A stretch of 64,000 nt of DNA from the NCBI GenBank assembly GCA_965153285.1, contig OZ229117.1, one strand, 5' to 3'. Position numbers and translations under genes: made by a program. Below are positions 24,541 through 36,170 of the stretch, one piece after another. The DNA comes from Podarcis tiliguerta (taxonomy: Eukaryota). The stretch's first letter is position 1; every line of letters starts with the position of its first letter. A model generated the notes under the pieces. It made no database searches, was not told where the DNA came from, and saw nothing but the letters and a program-made list of their open reading frames with translations.

Positions 24541-26700
24541 AGTGTGCTCCTGTCTGAGTGCCGCAGACACGAAACCAGATGGCAGGCAAGATTACTGGAA
24601 TTTGATTTCCAGATAAATCGCAAGGCAGGATGAGTGAATGGTATTCCAGATGCATTATCCATAATCCTCTGGAAGGGAACCTTTCCAAACTAAGGAGGCC
24701 CTTGTGCTACCTCCGATAACAGCTGGGTAATCCTGTCCTGTGGAGAGAGGAGCTGTTCTGAAGCCACGGAGAAGGTTTAGTGATGCTGCAGGGCCCAGAT
24801 CAGGTGGTTTACAACACCAGGAACTCTTCTGACACACATTTGAATATAAATATGAGGCCTGGTGGTGAGAAGATGAAAGCTTATCAAGCCAAGGCCATCA
24901 AAATGGCATTCTTTGATGACATCAAGCCACATGATGCTTTTAACATGCATGGCGTGACTACTTGGAGAATCTCTCTAAGAAGCAGGGTGATGCACTGAGT
25001 AGGAAGCTGCATGTTGACAAGTAAGAGTCAAGTTCACATCAGAAGTGTCAAGAGGAAAAATGATTAAGACAGCAAAGCTTTTTACACATTAGGAGTGCAA
25101 TGTAAACCCTGGTTGGAATGTCTGCCGGTGCTTGTTAAAATTACTAGTTGGCATGCAATTGCATTCCTCCTCCTCCTCCTTCATTTTTTGCTCTTCACCC
25201 TGAGGTCCCAGGTCGGGTAACAACAATTTAAAATGCAGCATTCAAACCAGTTTAAAACAACTTAAAATTACGGAAATAGGGTGGCTCCTAAGAATACATA
25301 TCTCAAGTGTCAAAGGGCAGGGCAAAGAGATGTGTCTTCAACAGGAAAACTGCCTAATGAAGGTGCCAAATGCACCTCTGTAAGGAGAAAGTTTCACAAC
25401 TTAGGGGCTTCCACAGAGAATGGCCCCTCCTGGGTAACCACCACCCCTAGCTTCTCAGGGCTACTAAGAGGGTTCCCCTCTGCTGATCTTAACACCCAAG
25501 AGGCTACGAAGGGCATGAGGTGGTCTTTCAGATACTGGTAGGTGTGGCCTTAGGGAAAGTGGGTGTGGCCTGCAGAAAGCCTTGAAGTCTGGATAGAGAG
25601 GGCCTGAGGGCCACATCCAGGTCAGTGGTTCCCCCTTCCTGCCCCACAGCAACATAGAATCAGCTTCTCAACTGTGGAAGATGAAAAAACTAAAACACGG
25701 TACTCACAGAATTAAGGTTCTCAAATTAACAGCTGATAGACATCAAACTAAGAGCTCTATGCATTCATTTTGTGGAAGGTCCTCAAATATAATAGTACAG
25801 AGGTTTTAGCCTGATGTGGGGTCGATGCATAATATCTGTCAAAGTCTGACTGTGCTTTGCATGTTCAATTCAGCTCTAGTCTGGCAGCCTCAAATGCAAA
25901 CCACGATGAGGTCACGGTGAGGGTGCAATAAGCCTTCAGGGCAACATATAGCTCTGTTTTAATTATACACATTGCAGCACTGTTAAATACTGACGATGTT
26001 GATCCATCAAGTAATAAGACTCTATCTCCTCACGTTCACTTTATTAATCAAGATGGGAAAATTGCTCTGGATAGTCACAAGCATATAGAAAGTCTGCTCA
26101 GAGAAGGGGTAATTTAAGGTTTGGCATCTGCAGACAATTCCCACCGGTGCAATTGTGGTTCAGATGTTGGGGAGCTTTTCCACCTCCTGGAATTTGCAGA
26201 GCAACTACACATTGCCCCGTGCAAACCAGCACTTCTCCTAACTCTTAAGATAATTTCATTCAGTGTCTGGGCAAAAGGATTGGACACATTAGTTAGCAAA
26301 CTGAGAAGTGAAGAAATGATGGTTAGGGTTTTTGTAAAAAAATCATTGTGCATCACAGGTAAGAAGCAAATTTAATCAAAGGATACAGGCAGTCACCATG
26401 GACACGAGAGACCCCATTAACGTGGATATCTGTTTAAAGTCTCAGAGAAACCTCCTGGGAATATGGGACTAAAGGAAAAGTCTACTACACCTCTTAAACA
26501 TCAGGATAAAGGGAGGGAATGGGAAATATAAAGGAAAGAGGATGGTTTGGGAGTCACCATTCAACATTTGAAAATTATCTAGGTATCAAAAGGGCCCCCA
26601 AAAGGCTAACAAAGAAAGGCAAGTGTGATCATTTATTTGGAAACACAGCCTTAATTCAGTGTAACTAAGAAGAAAACCTTCAACATAATGGCTGCCTCAA
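24541..26700 (+). mobile_element. Highly decayed Ty3/gypsy pol relic (RNase H end, integrase core, GPY/F region)
   Basis: Manual translation gives RWQARLLEFDFQINRKAG*VNGIPDALS (24577-24660), IHFVEGP (25763-25783), YLSKS, NQDGK..HKHIESLLR (26046-26102), LLEFA (26184-26198) and WESPFNI (26548-26568), colinear with gypsy pol. Confidence 0.6.
25180..25540 (-). mobile_element. L2 3' fragment inserted in the gypsy relic
   Basis: ttcacaacttaggggcttccacagagaatggccc is the reverse complement of the L2 FSVxAPxLWN motif. Confidence 0.6.
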
Positions 26701-27620
26701 AGAAAAAACTCCTTGTGATCTTCAACAAATCTGAGGTCAGGCAGCCCCTTCCATTCTTCCAAGGAAGACACACACACGGCCCTTTTTAGTAATCCATTAA
26801 AGAATGACTTTCAGATGGCCCAACTTTGATTCTGCAATAAGTTCTAGAGCTACAATAGCAGGGAAATAAGATCTCTAGGCATAGCAAGATGATTTTGGTG
26901 CCACATGCAAGATTGTGCACTAGAAGACCAAATTCAAGGTCCTGAAAAATGGTGCTCAAGGTACTTCATTTCATTACCTCTTCTATCAACATTTTTCCTG
27001 CCTTCAACCAACTTGTCCCAAACATTACATACAAGCAGGTGAGCCAAGGTAGACATCTTCAGTCTCCAAGTGAGTGATGCCCGAATAGGTGTAGCAGAAA
27101 AAAATGGCAGCCTGTAACAGCTCTCTTCTGTGGTGCTGACAAAAAAATGACAGCCCTCATGTAGAGTGGCACATGTACAGCAGGATTACGAGGTGATGCT
27201 CGTGCATGTTTGTGTCTGAGGTTTGTTTTCAAAAGTAATGGTTTTTGAGTGTTTTAACTGTAATGCTTGTTTTTAGAATGTTTGGACTGGTTTGAATGTT
27301 TTTGCCTTTGTTTAAATAGTTTATCTGTTTCCCAGCCTTCAGAAGGACATGTAGAATATAAAGTAAATAAATAAAATAATTCAAGCGCCATCATTTTACA
27401 AAGGTGGACTAGCTCTGCTCAGTGTGCCTAAATCTAAGAGCTGCATTTTTATAATAAAAAAAAATCCACATGATTAACAACCAATGTCCCAAGCTCGTGG
27501 CTTCCTTGTCTTTAATACTGATTTAATCAATTTCAATAACAACAAAAAATCAAAGTTCTGGCATCTTTAGACAGCTGCTACAGCTGGTTATAATGTCAGT
27601 GAACAGCTTTCCCTCTGGAG

Positions 27621-27649
27621 TTCAGCACCAGGGCTCTATGGACAGCTCC
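27621..27649 (+). promoter_or_regulatory. Non-canonical (split) REST/NRSF RE1 element
   Basis: TTCAGCACC + 10-nt spacer AGGGCTCTAT + GGACAGCTCC; both half-sites are near-consensus and in canonical order. Confidence 0.6.
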
Positions 27650-28085
27650 TCATCTTACAGTTTCTCAGAGTCCCTCCAGGAACTTGCAGTTTTTAAACAT
27701 AAAATTGTCACCTGTTATTAAATTGAGGGATTGAATGTGGAAATGAATTGAACGTGGGATGGAATGTGGAAAGATCACCATCATCGGGTCAAATGTCCCT
27801 TTCTATCCAATGCAGGTTTTGCATTCACATCACAGAGCATTTTTAACACATGAACATATTTAAGTGACCATGCTTTTCATCACTGCTGATTGCAATGGGC
27901 TCAAGGGGACAAGTGGAGGCAGCAAGAGGGGGCAAAGGTGCTGGATATGGGCTGGAATCCATGCACATGTTAAAGCAAGGCTTTGGGGGTGGATGTCTAA
28001 GAGCCATCCCAAACCATGTGATGCTCTCCACACAAGTTGAGGGAGAAGTCTGAATTCCCCAACACTGCACTGCTAAGGAAAGGAA

Positions 28086-28646
28086 AACCAAAATGACTGA
28101 GGGGGATGGAGTGACTGCCCTATGAGGAAAGGTTGCAGCATTTGGGACTTTTTAGTTTAAATAAAAGGTAAGTAAGAGGCAACAAAGTGGACATTTAGAA
28201 ATTTGTGCATGGCATGGAGAAAGTAGCTAGAGAGAAAAAGTTTCTCCCTTTGCCGTAACACTAGAACTTGGGGACACCCAACAGAGATGAATGTTGGAAT
28301 ATTCAGGAGAAAATAAAAGAAAGCTCTTCCCCATGCAGCACATAGTTAAATTATGGGGCTGACTCCCACGGGAAGCAGTGGCAGCCACCAGCTTATATGG
28401 CTTTGAAAGATGATTAGGTGAATTCATGGAGGATTAGGCTACCCATGGCTACTAACCATGACACCTATGCTCTGCCTCCATGGATGGTCAGAAGCAGCAA
28501 TGATTCTGAATATCAGTTGTCAGAAACTGCAGGAAGGGAGAGTGCTCTTGTGCCCAGAGGCATCTGGTTGGCCACTGTGATAACAGGATGCTGGGATAGA
28601 TGGGCCTTTGGCCGGATCCAGCAGGCTTTCCTTATGTTCTTATGTT
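28086..28646 (+). mobile_element. CR1 LINE 3' end (second family, (ttcttatg)n tail)
   Basis: LPYEERLQHLGLFSL-type RT C-terminus followed by the 3'UTR that recurs across the window. Confidence 0.85.
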
Positions 28647-29456
28647 GCTGTATGCCATTTTAGGTGGCAGAGTGGTCAAAACTTCACCACTGTTGTTCCC
28701 CATGTGTTGATAATGGTATGAGAGGAAGGGAGGGTGAAGGAACCAGCCAATTTATTTTAAAATTGCCTTGTTAACGAGGTTGTCTTGACTTGTTCTTGCT
28801 CAGTATGTGTAGTGGTAGACAGTTGTTTGGATTTTTCCAGTTCTATTTGACCATCTCAACCAAAATTGTTACGTTCCTCAACACACACACTTCTGAAACT
28901 CCTACCTCCTATACTCCTCTTCTTCCTTTCATAGAGAGAACTGAGTCCACTTTCAGTTCCTCCCCCTTTGTTTTGGCAATCCAGCTTTACTTTCTCTCTA
29001 CCCCCCACCCTCCAAAAAGAGTCCCTGCACCTTTAAGAGGATGAATTATTTCTCCCATTTCCTCTCCTCTCCTTGTTTTTCATGCCCGTCTCTCCCCCTG
29101 GATACCTTCTGACAATTACCACTTCCCCGGCAGCTGGTGTGTGCTGTTTTGTGTGTGCGTGTGTGAGTGTGGGGACATGCTGCTATCTATGCGCAAGAGG
29201 TGATTGGAGCCACGCTTTTCCCCCCATTGCTGAAATTTACATTGAACCACAAATTAATTTCATAATTTTTTCCTCTCTAATTATGCCAACATCTGCTGCA
29301 AAGGCAAGCTGTGTGCATGCATTTTAATAACTCGCTTTCCCTGGGTTCCTTCTCTCCCCCCTCCCTCTCTCGCCCTCCCTCCCTCCCTCCTTCTCTTTCT
29401 CTCTGCTCTGAACTTTCCAATAATTATCACCAAGAGAAGAGCTTTCTCTTTTAGAA

Positions 29457-29464
29457 ACACACAC

Positions 29465-29527
<63 letters not shown>
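29457..29527. repeat. Compound microsatellite (CA)n(GA)n
   Basis: Direct sequence. Confidence 0.95.
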
Positions 29528-29963
29528 AACCCAAATAAGCAAACCTTACTCTGCCCAGAGATGAATGGGCCTTCATAGTAGTAGTTGGCCCATTAGGGTA
29601 CAGTGGGGTACAGATGCACCAGTCTCAGTCTGCTGTCAGTCAGCACTACCTCCCCCCCAAAAAAAACCACACCTTCCTGCCTTCTTACTTATACAACTAG
29701 TAAGGGGGTGGGAGAGAGACACTGGCTGACAGGTTCCTCCTCCTTAGTCGTAGTGTTGCCCTTGCAGGACTCAGCAGGGAGGAGTTGGGGGACAAAACTA
29801 AAATGTGTTGGCTCTGCCTGTCTTTGGCTCTGGATCTACCTCCCATTGGACTCCCTACATTCTGCCCCATCAGTCCTAATGGGCAGCAGACAACAATGGG
29901 GCCTGTGTGTGGTTATGGTCTGCCATGGAAAGTCCACAGCAGGTTTGAAGGCTTTGGGTAATA

Positions 29964-30185
29964 CAGTCATACGCCATGTTACGTTTGCTTCATGTTACGT
30001 TTTTTCAGGTTGCGTCCCGTGGCGACCTGGAAGTACCGGAAAGGATTACTTCCGGGTTTCGCCACTCATGCATGCGCAGTAGTGCTAAATCACGCTTCGC
30101 GCATACGCACAAGTGCCAAATCGCGTCGCGCACCTGGTTGTGGGCTTTTCACGTTGCAAACAGGCCTCCAGAACAGATACCACTG
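29964..30185. mobile_element. Tc1/mariner (Tigger-type) MITE
   Basis: TA|CAGT...ACTG|TA ends; CpG-rich; homologous to 41689-41934. Confidence 0.85.
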
Positions 30186-30329
30186 TATATCCAGGAGAGT
30201 AAGTGTGGGGCGATTGGGTATAAGCTCCTTCCATGAAAGGCCTGCTGCACTGTGTTGCTTTTTTTCCTTTTTTTTCTTCTTCCTTAACTCCTTTTCTGAG
30301 GGCCAATTCCAGTCTCCACATTACCTAAG

Positions 30330-30700
30330 ATACATGATGACTTGAGCTGGATGGTCTTCCTGCCAGCAAGGCTTTTCTGTGGCATAGAGGTCCAAGAGAT
30401 GGCATGCACTCCCTCTAAAGGTGCAGGTACATAGCCTGGAGGTGCTCCTGGATCCACCTTTGTCACTGGAGGCCCAAGGGCCTTGAGTCACTTAGGAACA
30501 CCTTCTGCCACTTTGGGATGGCAGCTACAGCTATTCCTGAACTGGGATAGCTTAGCTATAGTAGCCCAGGCATTGGTAATCTTCATATTGGATGACTGCA
30601 ATGCATTGTATATGGGCCTTCCCTTAAATTTAACCCGGAAGTTGCAGCTAGTGCAGGATGCTGCAGCAAGGCAATTGAAGGGGGTGTCCTTTTGACAGTG
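30330..30700 (+). mobile_element. L2 LINE ORF2 fragment
   Basis: ORF 30483..30695 contains LDDCNALYMGLPLNLTRKLQLVQDAAAR, matching the L2 motif RLDYCNxLxxGLPxxxxxxLQxVQNAAAR. Confidence 0.85.
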
Positions 30701-30839
30701 CATTGACACCTGTGGTGAAATAAGACAGGACAGGTTTCAGGTCTAGTAAGAGGCACATAAAGCCTTGCTTGTGGGAACAAGGGAAGCTGCCTTGTACTGA
30801 GTCAGACTATTGGGCCACCTGGCCCAGTATTGTCTACAC

Positions 30840-31100
30840 AAGGGGTAGGCAACCTAAGGCCCATGGGCCGGATGCGGCCCAATCACCTTCTCAATCCGGC
30901 CCACAGACAGTCTGGGAATCAGTGTGTTTTTACATGAGTAGAATGTGGTCTTCTATTTAAAATGCATCTCTGGATTATTTATGGGGCATAGGAATTCGTT
31001 CATTCCACCCCCCCCCCCCCATAAAAAATATAGCCCGGCCCACCACATGGTCTGAGGGAAGGTGGACTGGCCCACGGCTGAAAAAGGTTGCTGACCCCTG
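30840..31100. mobile_element. hAT (Charlie-like) MITE inserted in a SINE
   Basis: Perfect 8-bp TSD GTCTACAC (30832-30839, 31101-31108); TIR aggggtaggcaacc / ggttgctgacccct. Confidence 0.9.
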
Positions 31101-31616
31101 GTCTACACTGACTGGCAGTGGCTAACAAGGGTTGTAGACAGGGGTCATCTCTAGGCCTTCCTGGAGATACCATAGGCCTTCCAGGAAAAGCAGATGCTCT
31201 ACCACTAAGCTATGGCCCTTCCTCAAACTTGGGGCCATTGTTACCTCTGGGAATGCCTTGCTTTGTATACCCATGCCTATTCACCTTGAGGTCCGCCTTA
31301 TGTCCGCTAAGAACAGTGGATAAGAGAACTCCACAATATATATATTTTTCCCCACTTGTAGTGACTGTGATGCCCTAACCCGGTGTGCCCTCAGGAAAGA
31401 GTAGCCTGGGACATTTCAAACACATAAGAAAGGTGGATGTTGTGTGATGTCCCTAATAATTTGGCTCATGGGCCTCCCACTATCCCATCCCCAGCATGAA
31501 CAGGTGACACAAATGACCGGCAGCTACAACTGCCCCATCCTTCTTCACATCACTATGTATGACTCATTTCCCTTCCTACCCAGCCCATATCCCCAACTAT
31601 AGGCTTGTCTCTTCAC

Positions 31617-32169
31617 TGGGGATAGGTGAATCATTCAAGTTCACTTTCCGATCTTTTAAATTTTTTTATTCGGTTTTATAAACAAGAATAAAGTATACCA
31701 AGTTTTTTCATGTCATTTGTATATCACAAAAATAGCATAATAAATGTGGAAAAATATCTACAACATTTTTCATTATTAGTGGTCTTAAGTTCAGTTATCT
31801 GCATTTCCACATCAGTTTGTGTTTCATTTATTTTTAGTTTCTTTTTAAAAAAAAATTGTCATGAAGATTCATCAGCATTGAAGTGCGAATTTCTCCTAAT
31901 AAACACATTTATATCATCCTCTCTATACACATTTTTTTGCAAAGCAAATTCCCCTAATACAATGTATTTTTGTATGCCACTTACACAAATATATGCATAT
32001 TTTACTCTCCTCTGTGCATTTACTTGACTGGAGAACTACATTGCAAAATTCAGAGAAGTGCGAATTTTGAACCTTGGCTGTGCTTCAGTTTACTTCTTGT
32101 TTCAGAAAGCGTGAATTAGGTAGGTTCGCCATTAAAAGAAAACTGAATTAAATTCCTCCTCCCTCGCTA
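31617..32169 (+). mobile_element. AT-rich non-autonomous DNA element (hAT-like)
   Basis: Degenerate 8-bp TSD ctcttcac/ctcaccac; family with at least 8 copies in the window. Confidence 0.75.
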
Positions 32170-33864
32170 CTCACCACAGGTGCCTGTGAAATATGTCCAT
32201 CCTGTCATTTGGCCAGATCGCCACTAGGGACTAGGCTGAGACCATCCAATTCACTCTCTCCCGTCCAAGAGGACGGCTCTCTGAATTCACAGCAGGCAGC
32301 ATCATCAGAGGTCAGAAATTACTTTCCTGCCATCTGCCCCAAGTTTCTCTTTGGCAACCTGTGAATTGGCCCCCACCAGTGCAGTGCAAGGAAAGAGATG
32401 GGCTCACACCTGGCCCCTTGATGTGTGGATCCAAGCCTATTACTGAGAGCCATGGGCTCACCTGATTGGTTCAAACAGGAATTGAGCCTCCCCAGCCAAT
32501 GTGCTGCCCTTTTATGTTTCCTGTGGTTGTTAATTCCTTGCCAGGTAGAATTACACGTTGTGGGGTATCATTAAGATCACCCAGCTGTTGCAAAAGGTCA
32601 TCAGCAATGGGGCCTCCTGTGCTGGAAAAATGGGGATATTACAAGCTCCATCGATAGCTATCTGTCATGACAGCTATATGGGACCTCCTCCATGTTCCAG
32701 GGCAGTCTACCTTGACCCAATAGTCTGATTCAGCAGTCTCATCTTATGTCCGTACTTATAAGGTATATTGTGAGAAGTGTCTTCTTATGGGGAAAATGGA
32801 ATGGGCTCAAGGTCACTAGAATAGGCTGAGTTTTAAAGGCTCAGTGCTGGCTGGGTGTTCTCGGGGTGAACTTTGCATGACCTTATCCTAGAGACTCCAC
32901 AGGGCTGGCCAGCAAATCCAAGCCCTGACCAGCTCATTTCTCCATTCCAGCGAACCTTGCTCTAATGACGGGAAAGTCTGCTCTGTCCACTTTTGCCTCT
33001 GGCCTCACCCACGACTGGCATGTGGCCCTTGGACGTTTGCCCAGAAGGGAATGTGGCCCTGGGCTGGAAAAGGCCCAGAGCTTTCACCACTGCTCACTCC
33101 AGAGCAACCCACTCATGCTGGCAAGAGCAGGGCGACTCTGAGCCTCAATATTCTGCTGGCGGTGCCTGCCTGCCTTTGCAGTGAGGAGCAGATGGCAGGT
33201 AACAGAAGCTTGTGATGAGTAATAGATGTCTAATGAGAACAGCTCATTCAGATCCTCACCTTTTTCTGCTCGCTCATGCACCCTCCCCCTCTGTCCTCCA
33301 TACATTTTGTTGGCACCTTCCCTCACTCCTTGGAGCTCTCAGTCTGGCCTGATTCCCAAGAGGGCTTTCTCCCCCATTTCTGGGGTTCCCCTTTGCCTGC
33401 CTCGCTCACACAGACCTCTTCTCACCATTCTCTCCTGTTCATTGGGCCTAGCTAGGGCTGGCCCTGCTATTGGGCAAAACGAGTTGTCCATCTCAGGCAG
33501 CAGTTTCTGTGTATTATGAAAGGGCACAATTTCATTCAGGTGTGGAGAGCCTTTTTTGGCCTGAGGGCCACATTCCCTTTGGAAGGAGGCATAGGCCAGT
33601 GATGGGCAGGGCCTGAAGCAAAAGTGGGTGGAGCAATAAATGTAAATTTTACTTTTGTACAGTAAGTTAGTTCCTACACATACCCTCACCCTTTTCTTTC
33701 CTCCACCCAGGGAAACAAGAGGCGTTATCAGAGATCAAGGACGCTTTCCAGCCAGGCAAAAACAAATTAAGGAAGGTACAAAGCAGAGCCAAAAGGACAT
33801 GAGTCTGGGGGGGTTGGTTGGCCTGAGGCCAAAGAGAGCCTTGTAGGTCCTAATGTTTCTCATC

Positions 33865-34681
33865 TGTCATGGATAGGGTTGCCATACGTCCAGATTTTCC
33901 CAGACATTACTGGGATTTCAAAGGCAGAATTGACGTGATGTCTGGGAGGAATTTCTGAAAAATGGTGCTTTGACCTGGATCTTAGGCAAGTCAATTCAAT
34001 CAATTTTGGTGGTTTTTTTTTAAAAAAAGCCCAACAATTTTGGGCTCTTCCTAAAAAAATACTTTTGGAGTGTCCTGGTTTTTACTTTTCGAAATATGAC
34101 AACCTTTGTCATGGACTGGCTGGACACAGAGGAATGGTGGGAGGCAGCAGCTGGGGAACTCCTAAGGGAAGAAGGCTCACAGTCTGGGGATTGGGGGTGG
34201 GACGACAATGAGTGGTCAGAGGGAGAAGCCTGGGAGGAGGAGGTGTCAGAAGCTGAAGAGGTAACAGGGTTTAGTGAGCAGGGAGAGTCTGTGGAAGAGG
34301 AAAGTCCAGAATCAGAGGCAGAAGCTGAAGCAAGAGGAGGGAGGCCAAGAGGCAGAGATGAGTCAGGCTGGTGAAGAAGCCAGGGTGTCTCCTTATCCTA
34401 CTGCAAGAAGCTCCCCTGACCCCTGGTCTCTGAGGACCAGAAGAGGTATGAAGAGGGGGAAGCAGAGACAGGAATCTCAGATTGCTTGGCAAAGACCCGG
34501 GGGAGGATGAGATTTAGGCAGCTGTGGGAAGGCAGAGATCTACACACTCCACAGCTGCCTCATAGGGGCAAGACCTACCAAGAAGAGTTGCTGTGCTCAT
34601 TACACCTCACTCCGTTGAGCTGCTAGTAAAGAGTTAATGTCATGTACTCCATGTGATTTATTGCAGACTGACTCCCTGACA
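33865..34681 (+). mobile_element. Solo LTR (probably gypsy-type), itself interrupted by a MITE
   Basis: TGTCA...TGACA ends; 5-bp TSD TCATC/TCATA; purine-rich body; AGTAAA poly(A)-like signal near 34625. Confidence 0.8.
33874..34107. mobile_element. hAT MITE
   Basis: Perfect 8-bp TSD GTCATGGA (33866-33873, 34108-34115); TIR tagggttgccata / tatgacaaccttt. Confidence 0.85.
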
Positions 34682-35930
34682 TCATACCTGATTTAATTCA
34701 TCATTACTGTCTTTTTACCATCACAACAGGAGAGACACAGTTGTGGGATTTCCTGCCAGCCTCAGGTATCTAGATAGGGTTCTTTTGGATGCTTCAGGGA
34801 ATGAGGGAGACCACAAGCAGGACCTGAATGCAACACTAGCCTCCCCAGCTGTCATTCCCAGCAGCTGGCATTCAGAGATAGACCATAGCTTTATCCACCA
34901 TGATTTGGGAAACAGGATGCTAGATCCAATGGACCCACAGTGGACCAATCCGGCAGGGCATATGGCCCAGCATCCTGTTCTGACAGTGGTCAGCCAGATG
35001 CCTCTAGGGTGCCCATAAGGAGCACCAAAAGCACAAGAGTGCTCTCCCCACTTGCAGTTCCCAGAAACTGGCATTCAGAGCCATTGCTGCCCCATGACAC
35101 TGGAGTGAGCACATAGGCTGCTGATGGCATTCAAGGCTGCCAGCCTGCAATCAATCTGGTGCCATTCTCTGCAGTTTCTCTGGTGGGAGAGGCAGCAGCT
35201 CCCTTGGATATGGCAAGGCAGCATCCTTAGGGAGTCTCACGTTATTCCAGCAGGCGAGAGAATTGGGGAATCGTCACGCCTTGGCCTGGTTGGCTCATTA
35301 ATAGTTGATTCTGCTAAGAGCTTCTCTTAATGACTGTACGTCTTTCTTATAAAGTAAAGCCTGGATGGGAGAGATACATCAAAGGGGGCAATTAAAGCTG
35401 CTATTTAAGCAGCTCAGTTCAGTGGAGGGAAATCATTAGGGTTGTTAATGGCTGGTGGGAGAAGCAGGCATAGGCCTGAGGAGGCTCTTCTGAGCAGAGG
35501 TGGGTTGCGGAAGAGCTGCGCAGTCAGAGGGATCAGGAAACCGCGCCCCCCCCCCCCAAAAAAAAATTGCCACTGAAAATCAGAAGATGTGAGCTTTTGT
35601 GCCAGCAAATTTGCAGCATGGAGAAATTGGGTGCATCTCTAAGAGTGCTGTTTAGGGAACAGGGGGAGCTTTCATATTTGAAACCACAGGCATTCAGTCC
35701 TCTGCCCACCGAGGGACTCCTGATTATAAAGAAAAATAACAAAACAAAACAAACAAGTTGCACCTTAAAATGAGCATTCATTGCAGCATAAGTTTTTGCG
35801 GACTGGAATCTGCTCCATCACGTTGTCCATGAAAGCTTGTGCCACAATAAATCTGCTCAGCATGAAAAGCAGGTGCTTTTCCAATGAACTACGCAAAGGC
35901 AATATAGGGAACATGCAAAGGTACCTTACA

Positions 35931-36170
35931 GAGAGCCAGTGTGGTGTAGAGGTTAGAGTGCTGGACTGGGAGAACCTGGGAGACAGGGGTTTGAATCCCC
36001 ACACAGGCACAAAGCTCACTGGTTGACCTTGGGCCAGTCACTGTCTCTCAGCCTAACCTACCTCACAGGGTCATTGTGGGGATAAAATGAGAGAGAGGAA
36101 GAGCCATGTAATCAATCTGGTGCAGTTCCTTGGAGGAAAGGTAGGATATAAATGCAATAAAATAAAAAAA
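35931..36170 (+). mobile_element. tRNA-headed, L2-tailed SINE (older Squam3/MIR-like copy)
   Basis: gagagccagtgtggtgtag...ctcagcctaacctacctcacaggg...A-rich tail. Confidence 0.75.

Larger units (their letters stand above)
33537..34690. mobile_element. hAT-type MITE hosting a solo LTR in its right TIR
   Basis: TSD ATTTCATT (33529-33536) / ATTTAATT (34691-34698); ends caggtgtggaga ... tctcat[LTR]acctg. Confidence 0.7.

Noticed and set aside
24950-25020. Second DALSRK-like motif (WRDYLENLSKKQGDALSRKLHV)
   Set aside because: Spacing does not fit the RNase H motif, and a better copy lies at 24577-24660; treated as chance
26121-26590. Alternative reading as a non-LTR RT (LLEFAEQ as YADD-like; NYLGI)
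   Set aside because: Catalytic aspartates are absent; the gypsy integrase reading explains more motifs with correct spacing
26930-27200. Possible second GPF/IHPVF-like motif and chromodomain start (DYEVM)
   Set aside because: Too far from the integrase core and too short to support
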